Of a DNA stretch of 64,000 bases, positions 47,871 to 60,524 are shown one piece after another. How positions within the stretch are numbered: position 1 is the stretch's first letter; every line of letters starts with the position of its first letter. The notes beneath the pieces are model-generated. The model worked only from the letters and a program-made list of their open reading frames with translations. It ran no database searches and was not told the origin of the DNA. The stretch spans positions 99,078,001 to 99,142,000 of the forward strand of contig CM059432.1 of the NCBI GenBank assembly GCA_030390025.1, in the 5' to 3' direction. A program made the position numbers and the translations under genes. The stretch is from Squalus acanthias. Lineage: Eukaryota.

Positions 47871-50800
47871 ATATGAAAAATAAGTTCATATCTTTTGTTT
47901 GTGTTACAGAATTCTATAGTAGAATTTGGAAACATAAAATGGGTTCCATTTGAGAAATGTATACCAAGAGTTGTGTATACCATGCAACTCATGTACAATG
48001 ATTATTTGCTATGATTAACTTCTTCAATAAGGAAGGAGAAATGTAATAGCGCCACCTGTTGGACTACTGATGTATATAATAATAATGCACATGGGCAGTA
48101 CAGTTCTTACCGGAAGCCATGTTGTGCTGTTGTGTATATATATGCTGTGTCCCAAGATATCACAGGATGAGTGTGAGTGTCAGTGGTGGATGGATAGATG
48201 GGGATGTGAGTAAGTGCATAGACAGAGAAGGGTGGGTGCACCTGCACAGTACGTTGGTGTGAGGAGTGATGTGCTGGGGTAGGCTTGAGAGTTTTAAGGC
48301 TTGAGGAGTTTAAGGTGATATGCACATCAGGATGTAGGTGAATGTGTCACTGTACTCACCTTTCCAGCCCTGCTGAAACCGCTTTCTGCACTGAATCCAC
48401 GCTCCAGCTGTTGACCTCCTGGGCAACCTCCAACTACGCGTTCTTTGTGTCACTTGCAGGCTTCTTCCTCACTTCACTAGGGAGGAGTATCTCCCTCCAG
48501 GCTCTTACAGCTCCCTACAGCACATCCAGGGAAGTGGTGCTGAAGCGGGGCACAGCCTTTGCCTGTCTTGACTCCATAGCAACTGGTCTATGGCTCTCCA
48601 CCCCAACTCCAAACTCCTCAAACTTGGATATTTGGAGTGTCCCTTTAAATGCTGGTTTTGAAAACGCGTCATGCGAGTCGTCATCACGCCGACTGCCGCT
48701 AATTGGACGCAAAACCTGGAAGTAAAATGGTAATGAGGTGGCTTCGTTTAAAAAGCCAATGACGCGCTGCATTTACTTTTGGGTAGAATTTTTTTCTCCC
48801 TTTCTTCAGGTGGTCAAACCACTTTCCTGGCCTGGACTGCACAAGTGGAACCCACTTTCACCCATCTGGAGGCCAATGTGCCTCAACTCACTTGGTGTAA
48901 TGGCCTCCAGAAATGTGTCGAATCCCGACTGAGCCATTGGAGCGGGAAGTCCCAGCATAGGGATTCCCTGCCATGGGCTCTGTCTCCCTGACAACATTTG
49001 CCTTTAAGGGGTGGGTAGAGGTTCCTACCCTTATAGGCCATGTTGGAAACGCCCATAAACGACAGAAACCCATCATTTTTGGGGTCATTCCGTCAGTCTC
49101 CCACTGAAGTAATGGAGATTGTTGGAACCCAGGCGTTTCTCATGATGTTATTTGATTAATATATTGCTTCTTTGTCAGTTTGTTGAGTCTACGGGAACAT
49201 TTCTTAGATAGTATAATTAGTATTTAAACCTTTAACATATTTTCTCACCTGTGAGTTGGAGCTCAGATTAAAAGTTTAATTCTTCTCTTTATACAACTAT
49301 GCTCTTTAGCTAACTAAAATGCTGAAAGGAATGTGTAATGTTGATATAAGCATGTTGTTTAACTGTGATTACAGGACTATCATATTCAATTGGAAAGCCT
49401 TGATTGAGGCTAGTGAGAGTAGCATTTATTTTCCTCTTCACCTCTCTTGAGTACTATAGGTCCTTAATCAGCAATAGAATCCAGAATTCCCCAATGCACT
49501 GCAGGAGAGTTGGTAACCACTCGCACATTGTCCAAATATTCAGCCATATTTGCTTTGATTGTAAAAAGAGTCAAGTCCATTACTGTGACCCCTATTGACC
49601 TATTTCCTTCACTGTATTTTGGAGCTCCCTGGAGTGTGCCATTTAATTGACTTTCTTCTTGGTACTGCTCATAGATGTATTCAAACTCTCTGCTGTCAGG
49701 CACTGTTGTCATCACAATCTGCCTAAACCCAGATGACTTGGAATATTGCCCAATCAGAATCACTTATATACTCTTTACTGCATAATAAAGAGTATTGAGA
49801 GTGGCTGAAAGATGATACTTATGACCTTATAAAATTGGTTTGGCATCTTTGGAATGGAAAATGGGTTGTCGGATCTAGAATACGATGAATTTTATTGTTC
49901 CCCTCTCTTCATTGACTGTGAGCATTCTTTTGTACCCTATTTGCTGATTGACTTTATCTGAACATCTCATGGTTACAATTTTATAACAGTATCTACTATG
50001 CAGTGGCTCTTGTTCCCCCCTTTCCCATTATTTTACTGTGAAAGTGTTCATTTCTGGATGTGGGTGGTGGTCAGTCTGATTATCCATATCCACCTTTCTG
50101 AAGCCTTACTTTCCTTGTGCGTGTATAGACAGAATAATAACAATCTGTTTATATCTATCATTTATTATTAAAATCATATATAGCAAAGCATGCTGACATT
50201 TATCCTTTGTTTCACTTAACAGATTTATCATCACATAGCAAACTGTTTCATTTTTGGTTTGTCAGGCATATTTTGTTTGACAGTTCCATGTACATATAAA
50301 GCTGATAGTTTCCTCCTGATGTTATCAGTGATAAAAGGTAGACATCCTCTTTGCTTTGACAGATAATAGGAAAAAAAGCTGTACTCATCCAGAGTTTGCA
50401 TTATTCTACCTATAGAAAATAAGATTGGTAAATTATTAGATGTTCACCATCGTAAGTTCATTTATTGTGAATGTTAAATTGTATCCACCATTTAAATGTA
50501 TTGATAAAGCAAGAAATGCAGCATCAGCTAAATGCTACAGTAAAGAAAGATTATATTTCTATAAGTGATTGATTGTTCTCTACAGTAGTGAATAATGGGT
50601 GGATTTCTCACGTGACTTGTATGTTTGACGGTATTCTCGACTTGGCAAGGATGTGGATTTGTTGCAATTAATGTTGGATTACAGTTTTGAAATTTGCAAC
50701 TTTTGTAAAATCCTTTATGGATGGAAAGACAATCTGTTAACTCAATCCAGGGAATGGATTGCAATTTTAATTTCTGAATCCTAATAAATTAAATAAGTAA

Positions 50801-51099
50801 AAATCTGATGACTGAAAATGGAAGGGCTACCACAAGTGAAGTCACTTTCAGTAGTGTGAGTAAAAAACAAAAAAGCTGCCATTCAATTGACCCATGAAGT
50901 AAAACAGTTTGACAATATTAATTAATAATAAACAGTGCAAGAATGATTGTAAAACTCCCAAAAATATTAATATTGTGATGAATGTAATTTAGCAATATGC
51001 AAACACAGTAAAATATGTTATTTTCCCTTTCACATTGGTAGTGTTATTGTAATATTGTGCTGTTCCCCTATTATTCAGTGGACAAGACCAAGAGGTCCC

Positions 51100-51620
51100 A
51101 TTTACTACAGTTGTCCATGTGCACCAATGGCATTTTAACTGCCCGGATTATCCGGGGCCTATGACCACGTACACACAGCGTCTGCATGTGCGAAAACCCG
51201 GAGCTTGCGATCTGTCAAGATTCTGCTTAACAGATCGTACCCATCTGCAGGAAATGGACATTCGCTGGCAGAAAGTTGGGCCATTTGTCCAACTATTGCC
51301 AGCCAATGCCCATGAAACTCTTATGCCTGGTAAAAGCAGGTGTAGGGCCTTCTTTTACCAGCGAAAGATTTAAATAAATATTAAAATATTTTTTTTAAAT
51401 GATTTAAACATACAAAAACCTTTAAAATTAGTCTAGGTTATTTTTGGCCCCTTTAAAAATGTTGAAATATTATTTTTTTTTAATCAAATTTTTGTTTTCA
51501 ATGTTTAATTAAATAGTATTTTAATTAATTTTGAACATATGATGATTTATTTTTATTTAAGTGCTGTGAAAGTGTGTTTTTTTAGAGGATTCCTATTCAT
51601 GCTTATGGGGATCTTCTTTA
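51100..51620. mobile_element. MITE fragment related (reverse) to family C
   Basis: 51180-51365 resembles the reverse complement of 24600-24800 and is followed by an AT-rich core. Confidence 0.55.
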
Positions 51621-52068
51621 AATCATTAAGATATTTGCAGACCCCTTTAACTCACTAGCTATACCACATGGGTGTCAATGTCTGTTCTGGTGCTTGGAAG
51701 GGTGAGAACAAGTGGTGGCACATCTTTGGGTGGGTTCTCACTCTCAAGAGAGTGTCGTTAGCACTGTAGCTCACCAATTCAGTTTAAATGAGGTCAGACC
51801 GTAAAAATTGCTGAGGCCCCCCACTGACCTCATCAGATGGGTGGAGGGGATGCCCCGTCCATTGACTGCCTAACATATGCAATATACAAAATTGACTCCC
51901 ACTCTGTTTTCAATCTCGCCCATTGTTTCACTTTTTCCTTGGGAGTGCCTGCCATTGCTTTAGCTATTTGTTTCTCCAACACGTTTTATTTCTTTAATGC
52001 TTTTGTTTTCAATTGCCTGAGTGGGATGATACTTTATATCATTGAACAATCATTCCACCAATACTAAT

Positions 52069-52395
52069 ACAAAAAGAAAATACTGCAGATGCTGGAAATC
52101 TGAAATAAAAACAGAAAATGCTGGAGATACTCAGCAGGTCAGGCAGCATCTGTGGAGAGAGAAACAAAGGTGGATGACCTTTCGTCAGAACTGGAAAAAG
52201 TTAGAGATGCTACAGATTTTAAGCAAGTGCAGGAGCAGGGAAAGGGGGGAGGGGAGCAAAGAACAAAAGGTGAGGTCTGGAGGGTGGAAGGCAGGAGTGA
52301 TTAAATGACAAAAGGTATGATAGTTAAAAGCAAAAGGAGATGGTAAAGAAGCAAAAGATAATCTAGAAGAGGTGCAAATGGGAATGGCAGAATTT
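52069..52395 (-). mobile_element. Penelope-like family-2 3' fragment with tail; hammerhead partly deleted
   Basis: Matches the tail, arm and spacer of 37497-37955. Confidence 0.8.
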
Positions 52396-53194
52396 ACATT
52401 GTAGGAATTGGATAGGTCCAAAACCACAATGTAACAGAGATCCACCATAACCTGAATAATTTTTCAGCAGAGCCTCAGGATAAAGGGTCTTTGCTGATCA
52501 TGTGGACAAAGAGTTGTTTTAGAAAACTTGCAGGTAAGTTGAACTGAAAGGATAGATACTTTGTGAAAGGAAAACACATCAGTTCCCATCAAGACAGTGA
52601 GTGCCTTAAACTATTAGGACATCTAGAAGAATACACATTTGTAAGACTGTATGTAAAAATCTGCAAAGAAAAAATAACATAGGTTGCATCTTTCAAATCT
52701 CTTTCAGTAATCAGATAGTGATTGGCTGGGATTTCACAGCTCAGTCGGTGGCTGATTGCTTATTTCTTATTTTTGCTGCAACTGCACAAGCAGGTGTTTC
52801 ATAAATGCTAAATTTCTCTACTGCTGCTATGGCAAAGGGCAATTATAATAAGATAAGAATTTTAACTTGTGTTATACCCTACCTGTGATACAAATATATC
52901 AGGATAGTGAAAATCTTCAATGCCAAGATTTAAAACTCAGAATATGCATATATCTGTAGCTTCTATATAATCTAAATGTCCTGGATACACCATGTGATGC
53001 ATTTTTGTCTTCACCACCTGGCTGGTAAATAGGCAGAGCAGATTGCCTGCCTATTGTCAAATTGTAGAAGCTACCTGACTTTTATTTTTGTAATCAACAT
53101 TGGGTGGGTTCTACAATGCAAGATTGATCTGCTGTGCAAGATTACTGCCCGGGCAGTAAAGACAACACTTTTACTCCCATGTGTCAAATACTAA

Positions 53195-53782
53195 GGGGGA
53201 GAAATTCATTATAGCCCCGTTTGGGACGCTAGCTTTTAAAAGTTGAGGAAAATTAGCACCAGGCGCTAATGTTTCTAAACTTTTAAAAAATTCGGTTTTG
53301 TGCTACCGGATGGAAGTGAAGCTAAATCAAGCACTCCACTTCCTTCTTGGAGCGCAATCGGCAGCAGGCAGGGCAGAGACTTCAGCAGCGCTGCACACTG
53401 GGCCGTACAGCGCTGCCACGTTCAAAGGCTCCTTCCCTCCCTTAAAGGGAAGGGCCATCGCTGCAGGCTCTGCAATTTAAAAAGTACCTACCTGGACCAC
53501 CAAGGCAGCCACGATCCCGTGCGATCAGCCCGGCACTCAAACAGGAACCCACGAAAAAAACTGGAACAAGAAAGATACGTTTTCTTTTTACTTACCTCGG
53601 CCACCTCGCCTTCACTGATCACCCCTGAAGTGGCCGGCTGCCCGATGAAACATGCAGACAAGCTCGCAGACAGGCAACTGACTGAGCCAAGCCCTGTTCC
53701 GTACTTACATTTGGTCCCCCAGCCTGCTGCCGCAATCCTCCACCAGAAATGTCTTTTGAAAGGCTGCACTGAATTTCCATGC
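53195..53782. mobile_element. Harbinger MITE (family D-related), right end uncertain
   Basis: TAA then gggggagaaattc. The subterminal sequence matches the ends at 39114 and 41433. Confidence 0.65.
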
Positions 53783-54636
53783 AAACAATAACAACAACAA
53801 CCATTTATATAGCATCTATAATATAGAAAAATGTCCCAAAGCATTTCACAGAAGCAAATTACTCTAATTTTACACAAGTTCACAGCATACACTAGTCCAA
53901 ACATAACTACCATGCCAATGAGCTGAGCCTGGAAATTCCCTGTAAATACCTCTGCAGACCATGGGCGGACACAATTTTTTTCCATTGGCGTAAAAGTGAT
54001 ATAACTCATTGTGTGGAAATTCAAGGCAAAATTTAAAGACTCTTTAAGTAAAATAAACAATTCAAGTTTAGCAAAAAGTCATCTTTTTGCTCTCGTCCTG
54101 GACTCCATTTTGCACCTTTATCAATGGCAGCATTGCATTTATTTGTATTCATTGGCATATATCAGCATACATCATGTTAAACACTAATTTGAATAATACT
54201 CACTAGATTTTGTTTGGATTTCAGAGAATGGCATAAGGCATAGGGTTGGATGCTGTTCATTGCAAATTGCAGCATTCCCAGTTGGCTGGTAAGTGAAGTC
54301 AATGGGGTAAAACTGGGTCATGGGCGATAGCACAGAATAGGCGATATTGTATCGGCAGTCCACACTAAGGCCGCGATTTTCCCAGCGGAAGCGGATTGGA
54401 GTCGTGTTGAGTGTTCGGCGGCTTCTGGTCCCGCTGCCGGCTTCAGCCGCTCCGAAATCAGGATTTTAATTTAACTGGGCTTATTAAGCCACGTCGTGCG
54501 CTACCCGGACCAATCAGTGGGTTCGGGTGTGCTGCTCGCCCCTGCTGATGTCTTCCATTCAGGAGCTTTTAAGGGGCCCATGTAGCCTTTGCATTTCATT
54601 TGGTTTATGCTGCTCCTGAAAATGGGTCCTCTGAAA

Positions 54637-57600
54637 ATGACTGCTGCAAGATCGAAGGCTGCTCCTAGATTTGATGATGACTCCCTCCATTCTCTTGTGG
54701 AGGGAGTAAGAGGGCGCAGGGAGGTTCAGTTCCCTCCCGATGGCTGGAGGAAGCCTCCTCAGCAGACAAAGGCAGCCTGGCTGCAAGTTGCTGAGGAGGT
54801 TACTGCCAGGTCCTTGTGCTCACGCACCTGGGTGCAGTGCCGAAAACGGTTCAATGATCTGCTACGCTCAGCAAAAGTGAGTATAACATCACACTTACCT
54901 TCAATCTGCATCCCATCTGTTCTCATCACCAGCACTATGTATTGTCAACCTACTCCTCCACATCCCAACTTATCCTTACTTCCCTTGCACCCTTACCTAT
55001 CCCTCTCTCTCTATGGACAGAATCACTTCACCATTCTACTATGCACCCCTCACACTCGCTCTCACTGTTATGCAATGACAACAACTAACAAGGCACAGGG
55101 AGGGCCCTTGTGTATTGGCACCTCACTCCATCATTGTCTTCCTCTAAGCATCGATGTAATGGAATCTTTACACTCACTCCATCAATCTCGCTGAAACTCC
55201 ACTTGTGTCCCTCATTGCAGGAAAAGAGAGCCCACAATAAGAGGGAGAGAGCAATGACAGGAGGAGGCCCACCATCGCTTGCAACGTTAACAAACGCTGA
55301 GGAGGCTGCTCTCAACATAGTCGGAGGTGCTAGAGAGCTGGAAGTGGGCGACAGAGAGACGGGAGCACCAGAGCAAGCTGGTGACAGAATAGATTTGCAA
55401 CCCTCTCATTTAGATTTCATGAGTGACTGATATGGCATCTGATGTTCATACAGATTGAGTTCTGATCATCTGCACAATAGGATTTTTCTGCTACCTAAAT
55501 ATCACATGTCTAACTTATGCCTTTACTCCCCCAGAGGACCATCGAGAGCCCCCCTCCCCACTGTCCAGGAGGAAGAGCCAGATGACTCCTCAGAGGAACC
55601 TGGAGCCTCTGAGGGAGCAGCATCACCAGAAATCATTGCACCCAGCACCAGCGCAGAGACACACACCTCGGTGGGTCATTCGTGACATAGAGTAGTGTTG
55701 TCATCTGGTGTATCACAGCTCACAAGTGAGCATCAGCAGATGGTGGAGACAGGGATAGCAGTGGAGAGTCCTCGTCGGAGGTCGCAGGACGCTCCTAGCT
55801 CTGCTCTGCTGCATGTGGACCCTGTGCCTCTGGGGCCATCCAGAAAGAGAGCGGTGCTGGAGCTTCAGGAACAAGTGCAGGAGTCTCTGGCAGGATATGC
55901 ATCCACGGTAACTGCGAGTGTGCAGGGAATAGAGCAGTCGGCTAAATAGATGGTCTGATATGTAAGGGGTGACGTGTGGCTCTGTGCTTAGCCTGGGTGC
56001 TAGTGCGGGGTTAGGCCTTGTTGCCTGTTCTGGTCTCCAGCCAGCCTGGTAACACTAGACACCTGTGAGTGGTTCGACCCACTCGCCCTTACGGTTCTGA
56101 CACTGGACTTAGGTGCGAGAGCAATAATGCAGAGAAAACTCAGGTAGACCCGGTTGAATAGTGCGAAATGGAAAATCTTTATTGCATATTATTCAAGATT
56201 ACGAGATACATGTCATAAGCACAGATTAATGACAGTACAATCTTACACACAGTTATGAACTAATTTTAGGGAAACGAGGAGCGCACGACACATCGTAAAA
56301 GGGGACACACATTATAATTATCCTTAAAACTTAAACCCTCCCCTATCAATAACTGTCCTAATCTAGATTTGTAGGATCGAGACTCATGCTCACCACTCGT
56401 GATAACTCGGAGAATTCCGAAACTCTGCTCGGATGTTTTTACTGCAGCACCTGACTATCCACGTGTTGATCAGGGGTCTCTGTACCCCACTTGTTTACTC
56501 GCTTCTGCTCCGGCTAGCAGGCTGGACCGTCTGCTGTCATGAAGATCTGTGTTGCCCTCGGAGTTCTGATACTACTCAAAAAAAAAGTCTTCCTGTGTCC
56601 TACACCAGTTGTCGGTAGAACTCGAAGAATAGTCTTCTTGGGCCAGTTGTGGAGTAGCCGATAGAATTCGAAAATGGTCCTTATATTTTTAGGCGCGGTC
56701 GGGGCTTACTGACCGCGGTGACACGTGTAGTCTTCTTCTCATCTCATCTCATCTCGGGCCTTCGGTTCCAACACCGTTTACCGACTCCTCGGGATGGTGT
56801 GCCCGCCTCCAGGCCTCACAGCCCAGTTCTCCACAGATCTTCGCGGCAAGCCACGAGGTTGATCCTAGCGGATCAGAGTCAGAGTCGTCAGGCAAGAGAA
56901 TAAAAGTTCAGCAGCCTTCCAGCGAGTCAAAACAGCAAGAGAAAGATGGACGGTTGTACTTTACAGTTATAGTGCTGTAATTCCTCTTTTCCCGCCCAAT
57001 CTTAATGTCTATCTTTTGTCAGGGTTTTGGCGCTCAAACTTCTTGTATGGGGTGATCTCAGTCTTTAATGGGTTTCGGTGACACTTGTAACTGTCTGAGT
57101 ACCCGTTAATATTTCTCCCATTGTGGAACCGGCTAGTAGTCTCCCTGGAGGGGTTTTGGGGCTTCCAAATGCTTACTGTGAGTACCCGCGAACGGCTCTC
57201 TCATCGTAGAGCCGTGGGGATTTTGCATATTAATGTCTTTGGATGGGTCCTTGATCGCTCAGTACAATAGCCCTTGTTTGCACCTGGGAGACCGATTCCA
57301 GTATTTATGTTTAAAATGCAAACCCATCATGTCTTGTCATTATCTCAAATGTGCTGAGTCCTGTCCGATCTTGCTGAAATGTTTATTGAAACGCCATCTT
57401 GTCTGCCTACTGAAAGTCTAGAACTTTCTGCCACGAGGCGTGGTGGCCATTTTACAGGCTGTTTGTGTCCGTTTTGAAACCTGACAGCATTCTGCTGAAA
57501 TAAAGCTGTTTATACGAAACTTTATGTCTCCTTCTTATTTTTGTAAAATCGCGATAATTTTGCGAATTCTACAGATATGGAGGATAGATGGGCATCTAAT

Positions 57601-58042
57601 GAGGAGAGGAACCAGAGGTACATGAACGTTCCCATTATGGGGACTGTTAGTACAGAGATGTGTCCTCATGGCCCCACTGATGTGCAGCAAGGTGCTCTCC
57701 AGCCACTTGCTAGCAATGAAGTGCGGGTGACCCATGAGAGGGATGTTGGTGGTCGACAACAAGGAAGTGTGGGCTCTTCTCCAAGTGCTCACACTACCAT
57801 GTCACTGCGGAGCCCTCAGTCAGAGCCCCAGATTGCTCACCTAACTGAGATGGCCGTCTCAACCCCTGCAGGAGGAGCGGACTGTTGCTGAGCCCTCCCA
57901 GGTTCCCAAACCCAGAGGACAACCGCCAAAGGCGTCAAAGCAGGCACAGCATGGAAGTGAGCAAGGTGCCTCTACATCTGCTGAAGCTACAGGGGAAGAA
58001 CCACGTAGAAGCACGGGTAAAAGAAAGTTAACACACAAATAG
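54637..58042 (+). pseudogene. Harbinger Myb/SANT gene (exons 54637-54876, 55221-55380, 55535-58042, the last interrupted by an LTR-like insert)
   Basis: 'AAPRFDDDSLHSLVEGVRGRREVQF...WLQVAEEV...RTWVQCRKRFNDL'. GT/AG sites; C-terminal 'PRRSTGKRK'. Confidence 0.85.
55961..57573 (-). mobile_element. 1613-bp solo-LTR-like insertion
   Basis: TGTA...TACA termini and TSD GATA. The host reading frame resumes across it. Strand is tentative, based on a minus-strand AATAAA near 56178. Confidence 0.75.
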
Positions 58043-58321
58043 TCACAAGGGTAATCACTTGGGTGTTTTCATCTGATACAAACATTTGTCATTGTTAATA
58101 TAAATGTATTAAAGAAAAGCGATGGCAAAGATTCAAAGAGTTGGCCTATGTGTGCTCAGAAATGGAAGTTGCACAGTGAGGGGTCAGGGCATCTTTCATC
58201 TGTAATGATAGTGGTGAGAGTGATAGAAAACCACAGTTTATTGTACAGATGCTGTATGGTGTGTTAAGAAGGTCGACACATTAATTTCCATGTGCCAGCC
58301 GTATGTGGTTGAAGCTTCAAA

Positions 58322-58615
58322 TTACGCGAATCTGGCATGGATAAGTGCATCCCTTGCCTCATGGCCAGCAATGTGCTCGCATGCTGGTGGAATTGGCACA
58401 TCCACCTCCGCAAGGCATGCCTCATCTGCCGTTTCCTCCTCCTCCTCCTCCTCTTCCTCCTCCTCGTCCTCCTCCGCCTCCTCATCCTCTTCTGTGGAGG
58501 CTCTGTGCTGAGCCACTTGTTCCTCAGGCAGCGCTAAGCCACACTGCTGTGTGATGTTGTGCAGTGCACAGCAGACTACAATGATTCTGGAGACCCTGGC
58601 AGGTGCGTACTGTAG
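58322..58615 (-). pseudogene. Harbinger transposase C-terminal fragment
   Basis: 'LQYAPARVSRIIVVCCALHN', acidic tract and 'ARDALIHARF'. Homologous to 23620-23878. Confidence 0.85.
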
Positions 58616-59647
58616 TGTGAAGGAATAAGCCATATAACCTATGCAGAAAAATACACCATTCTATGAAAGAATTCTGGCCTTATTAAAGCATGACAAACTG
58701 GGTTTGGAAATCTGGAAACCTAACTGAAAAAGCTGTAGTAGCATTCTAGCAATAGAGATAAGATAGTTGTTGACACTGAATCAATAACCTTATTGAAACA
58801 GAAGGTTAAAGGCTCCCGACGGTCTGAATCTTTGGGAGCAGACAATGGTATACCCTGTACAAGGTGTTCTAATTTACACTTCGTAAAGAGGCACAAACAG
58901 AAGGCCTTAGTAAAAATGACATCAAATAAAATGCACCTGCTGTTACACCATTTTTTATGGTAGGCTTGGACACCTAGAGGAGACATGAGTCTGTATTGCT
59001 ACCAGCTGAGGTGACTAAGAATTACAGAAGTCAGCAGCAAAATGACTAGAGATAATTAGCTTATATCAGCAGAAATCCTTAAAGGGAATACCACTGGAAA
59101 AGGGTATAAATATTGAGCTCTCAAATAGGATAATAGATTCGCTGTAAAGGGGCAAAGCGATTCTTAGGCTTCAGTGTTTGTCGCACGATGGGCATCACGC
59201 TGAAAATGTCTTAAAATGGGAAGAGTCTCTTAAAATGGGATTATGCCTTAAGTGCCTCTCCCGCCGTTTGGTGTCGGGTCTGATTGTGACTCACAGACCC
59301 GACACTTTGCAAAGTTGCGTGGAGGAGGGATGGCGGCGGTTTAGCAACCCGCCGTCAATCATTTGAATTTTACTCCCGACCTGCCTCCAAACCTGCCCTC
59401 TGAGCACCAGCAAAATCGCGGCCTATGTCTCTCCCGATAGTCAGTTCCATTGACTTGAATAGAACTGAATATTGAGCAAGGCGGACAACAGGAGGCCGAT
59501 GCGATAACACCAATTTTGCTCTACCGCCCCAGACGAATCTTTATCCCAATCTGTCTAAAGAGCTTTCTTCCCTACATCTCAAAATACGGAAAATTCAAAC
59601 TAGTAAAAATGTTGAATTAGTACACAGTTCATTGGGCTAGAGAGTGT

Positions 59648-60524
59648 CGGCTGGATTTTACCTTTTGGTGCAGCCTAGAGGCGGGACAACTTCCTTCCGA
59701 GTTCCGATCCCGCCCCCAACGACGTCCGACGCACAGACGCTATTGTGCGTCAATTGGCCTTGTTAAGCCTGCCCTGTGGGCTTGCTGGCCAATTAGGAGA
59801 AAGCTGGTGTCAGATGACATCAGTTGATGACGCGTCATCTGCCGGTTTTCTTAAAGGGGCAGGCACAATTTTTTTGGACTGGTGATTTTTCAGTGTTTGA
59901 CAGCATTGAGGCGCTGCAAACACTGACAATCACTGTACAAAGGTGAGCCCTTGCACCCAGACTCTCCAGTGACTCCCTCCTTAGGCTAGAACAGATGGCA
60001 GCTGCAGGTGAGGTTACAGAAGCGATCTGTCACTGGTGAGAGAGGTTCTCCCAATGAGGTGGGACTACACAAAGACTTCAAAACTTATCACCTACAGAAA
60101 AGTCTAAATACATTAAAAATGATTTTCCCAACATTTTCTTACCTCTGAAACTCACTAGTGTACCATTGGATCCGTCACACCACTTCTGCAGCTGTGATCA
60201 ATGCAGAAACATTACAGTAGACCCACAGCATGCCACACTTACCCTGGCGTGGTGTCCAGAAATCGGGAAGCCCGCAGTAGACCTGTCAAAATTGGAAAAA
60301 GCCTCTTAACCGCCTGTTAACTACCTGTTAACAAGCAGTTAAGTGCCTATAATCCTCTTCCCGCCGCTAGGTGTCAGGTCCATGCACAAGTCGGGGACCC
60401 GACACCCAGGAAGATTGTATGGAGGCGGGTTGACAGCGGGTTCGGGACTTGCTGTCAATCTTTGCAATTTTACCGGATGTCCCACCTCCAAACCCGCCCC
60501 CTGAGCGCCAGTAAAATTCCGGCC
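59648..60524 (+). mobile_element. Non-autonomous Harbinger derivative (family A), apparently full length
   Basis: Imperfect TIR cggctggattttac / gtaaaattccggcc. Matches 9130-9988. Confidence 0.8.

Larger units (their letters stand above)
43472..48164 (+). mobile_element. Complete Gypsy (Mag-like) LTR retrotransposon with ~120-bp LTRs, coding region decayed
   Basis: LTRs 43472-43590 and 48042-48164 (TG...CA). TSD GGATG, PBS 43595-43613, PPT 48029-48041. Confidence 0.95.
42490..48577 (-). pseudogene. Harbinger Myb/SANT gene remnant (exons 48577-48360, 43353-43217, 43066-~42490) with a Gypsy in intron 1
   Basis: 'MESRQAKAVPRFSTTSLDVL' and 'KRAANTRERQRT'. Same splice layout as the other two Myb genes. 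Confidence 0.7.
54369..59423. mobile_element. Harbinger element: Myb gene (+) converging with a truncated transposase (-)
   Basis: 12-bp perfect TIR ggccgcgatttt. Flanks TAA/TAT. Confidence 0.75.
54304..59547. mobile_element. Small palindromic MITE (54304-54368 + 59424-59547) split by a Harbinger insertion
   Basis: The left piece gggcgatagcacagaataggcgatattgtatcggc resembles the reverse complement of gccgatgcgataacaccaattttgctctaccgccc. Confidence 0.6.

Noticed and set aside
49464..49763. 99-aa minus-strand ORF in unique DNA
   Set aside because: No recognisable domain; length is compatible with chance.
52469..54288. Two AG...GTAAGT-bounded candidate exons (~52469-52533, ~54225-54288)
   Set aside because: The peptides are unrecognised and such sites arise by chance. 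RNA-seq is needed.
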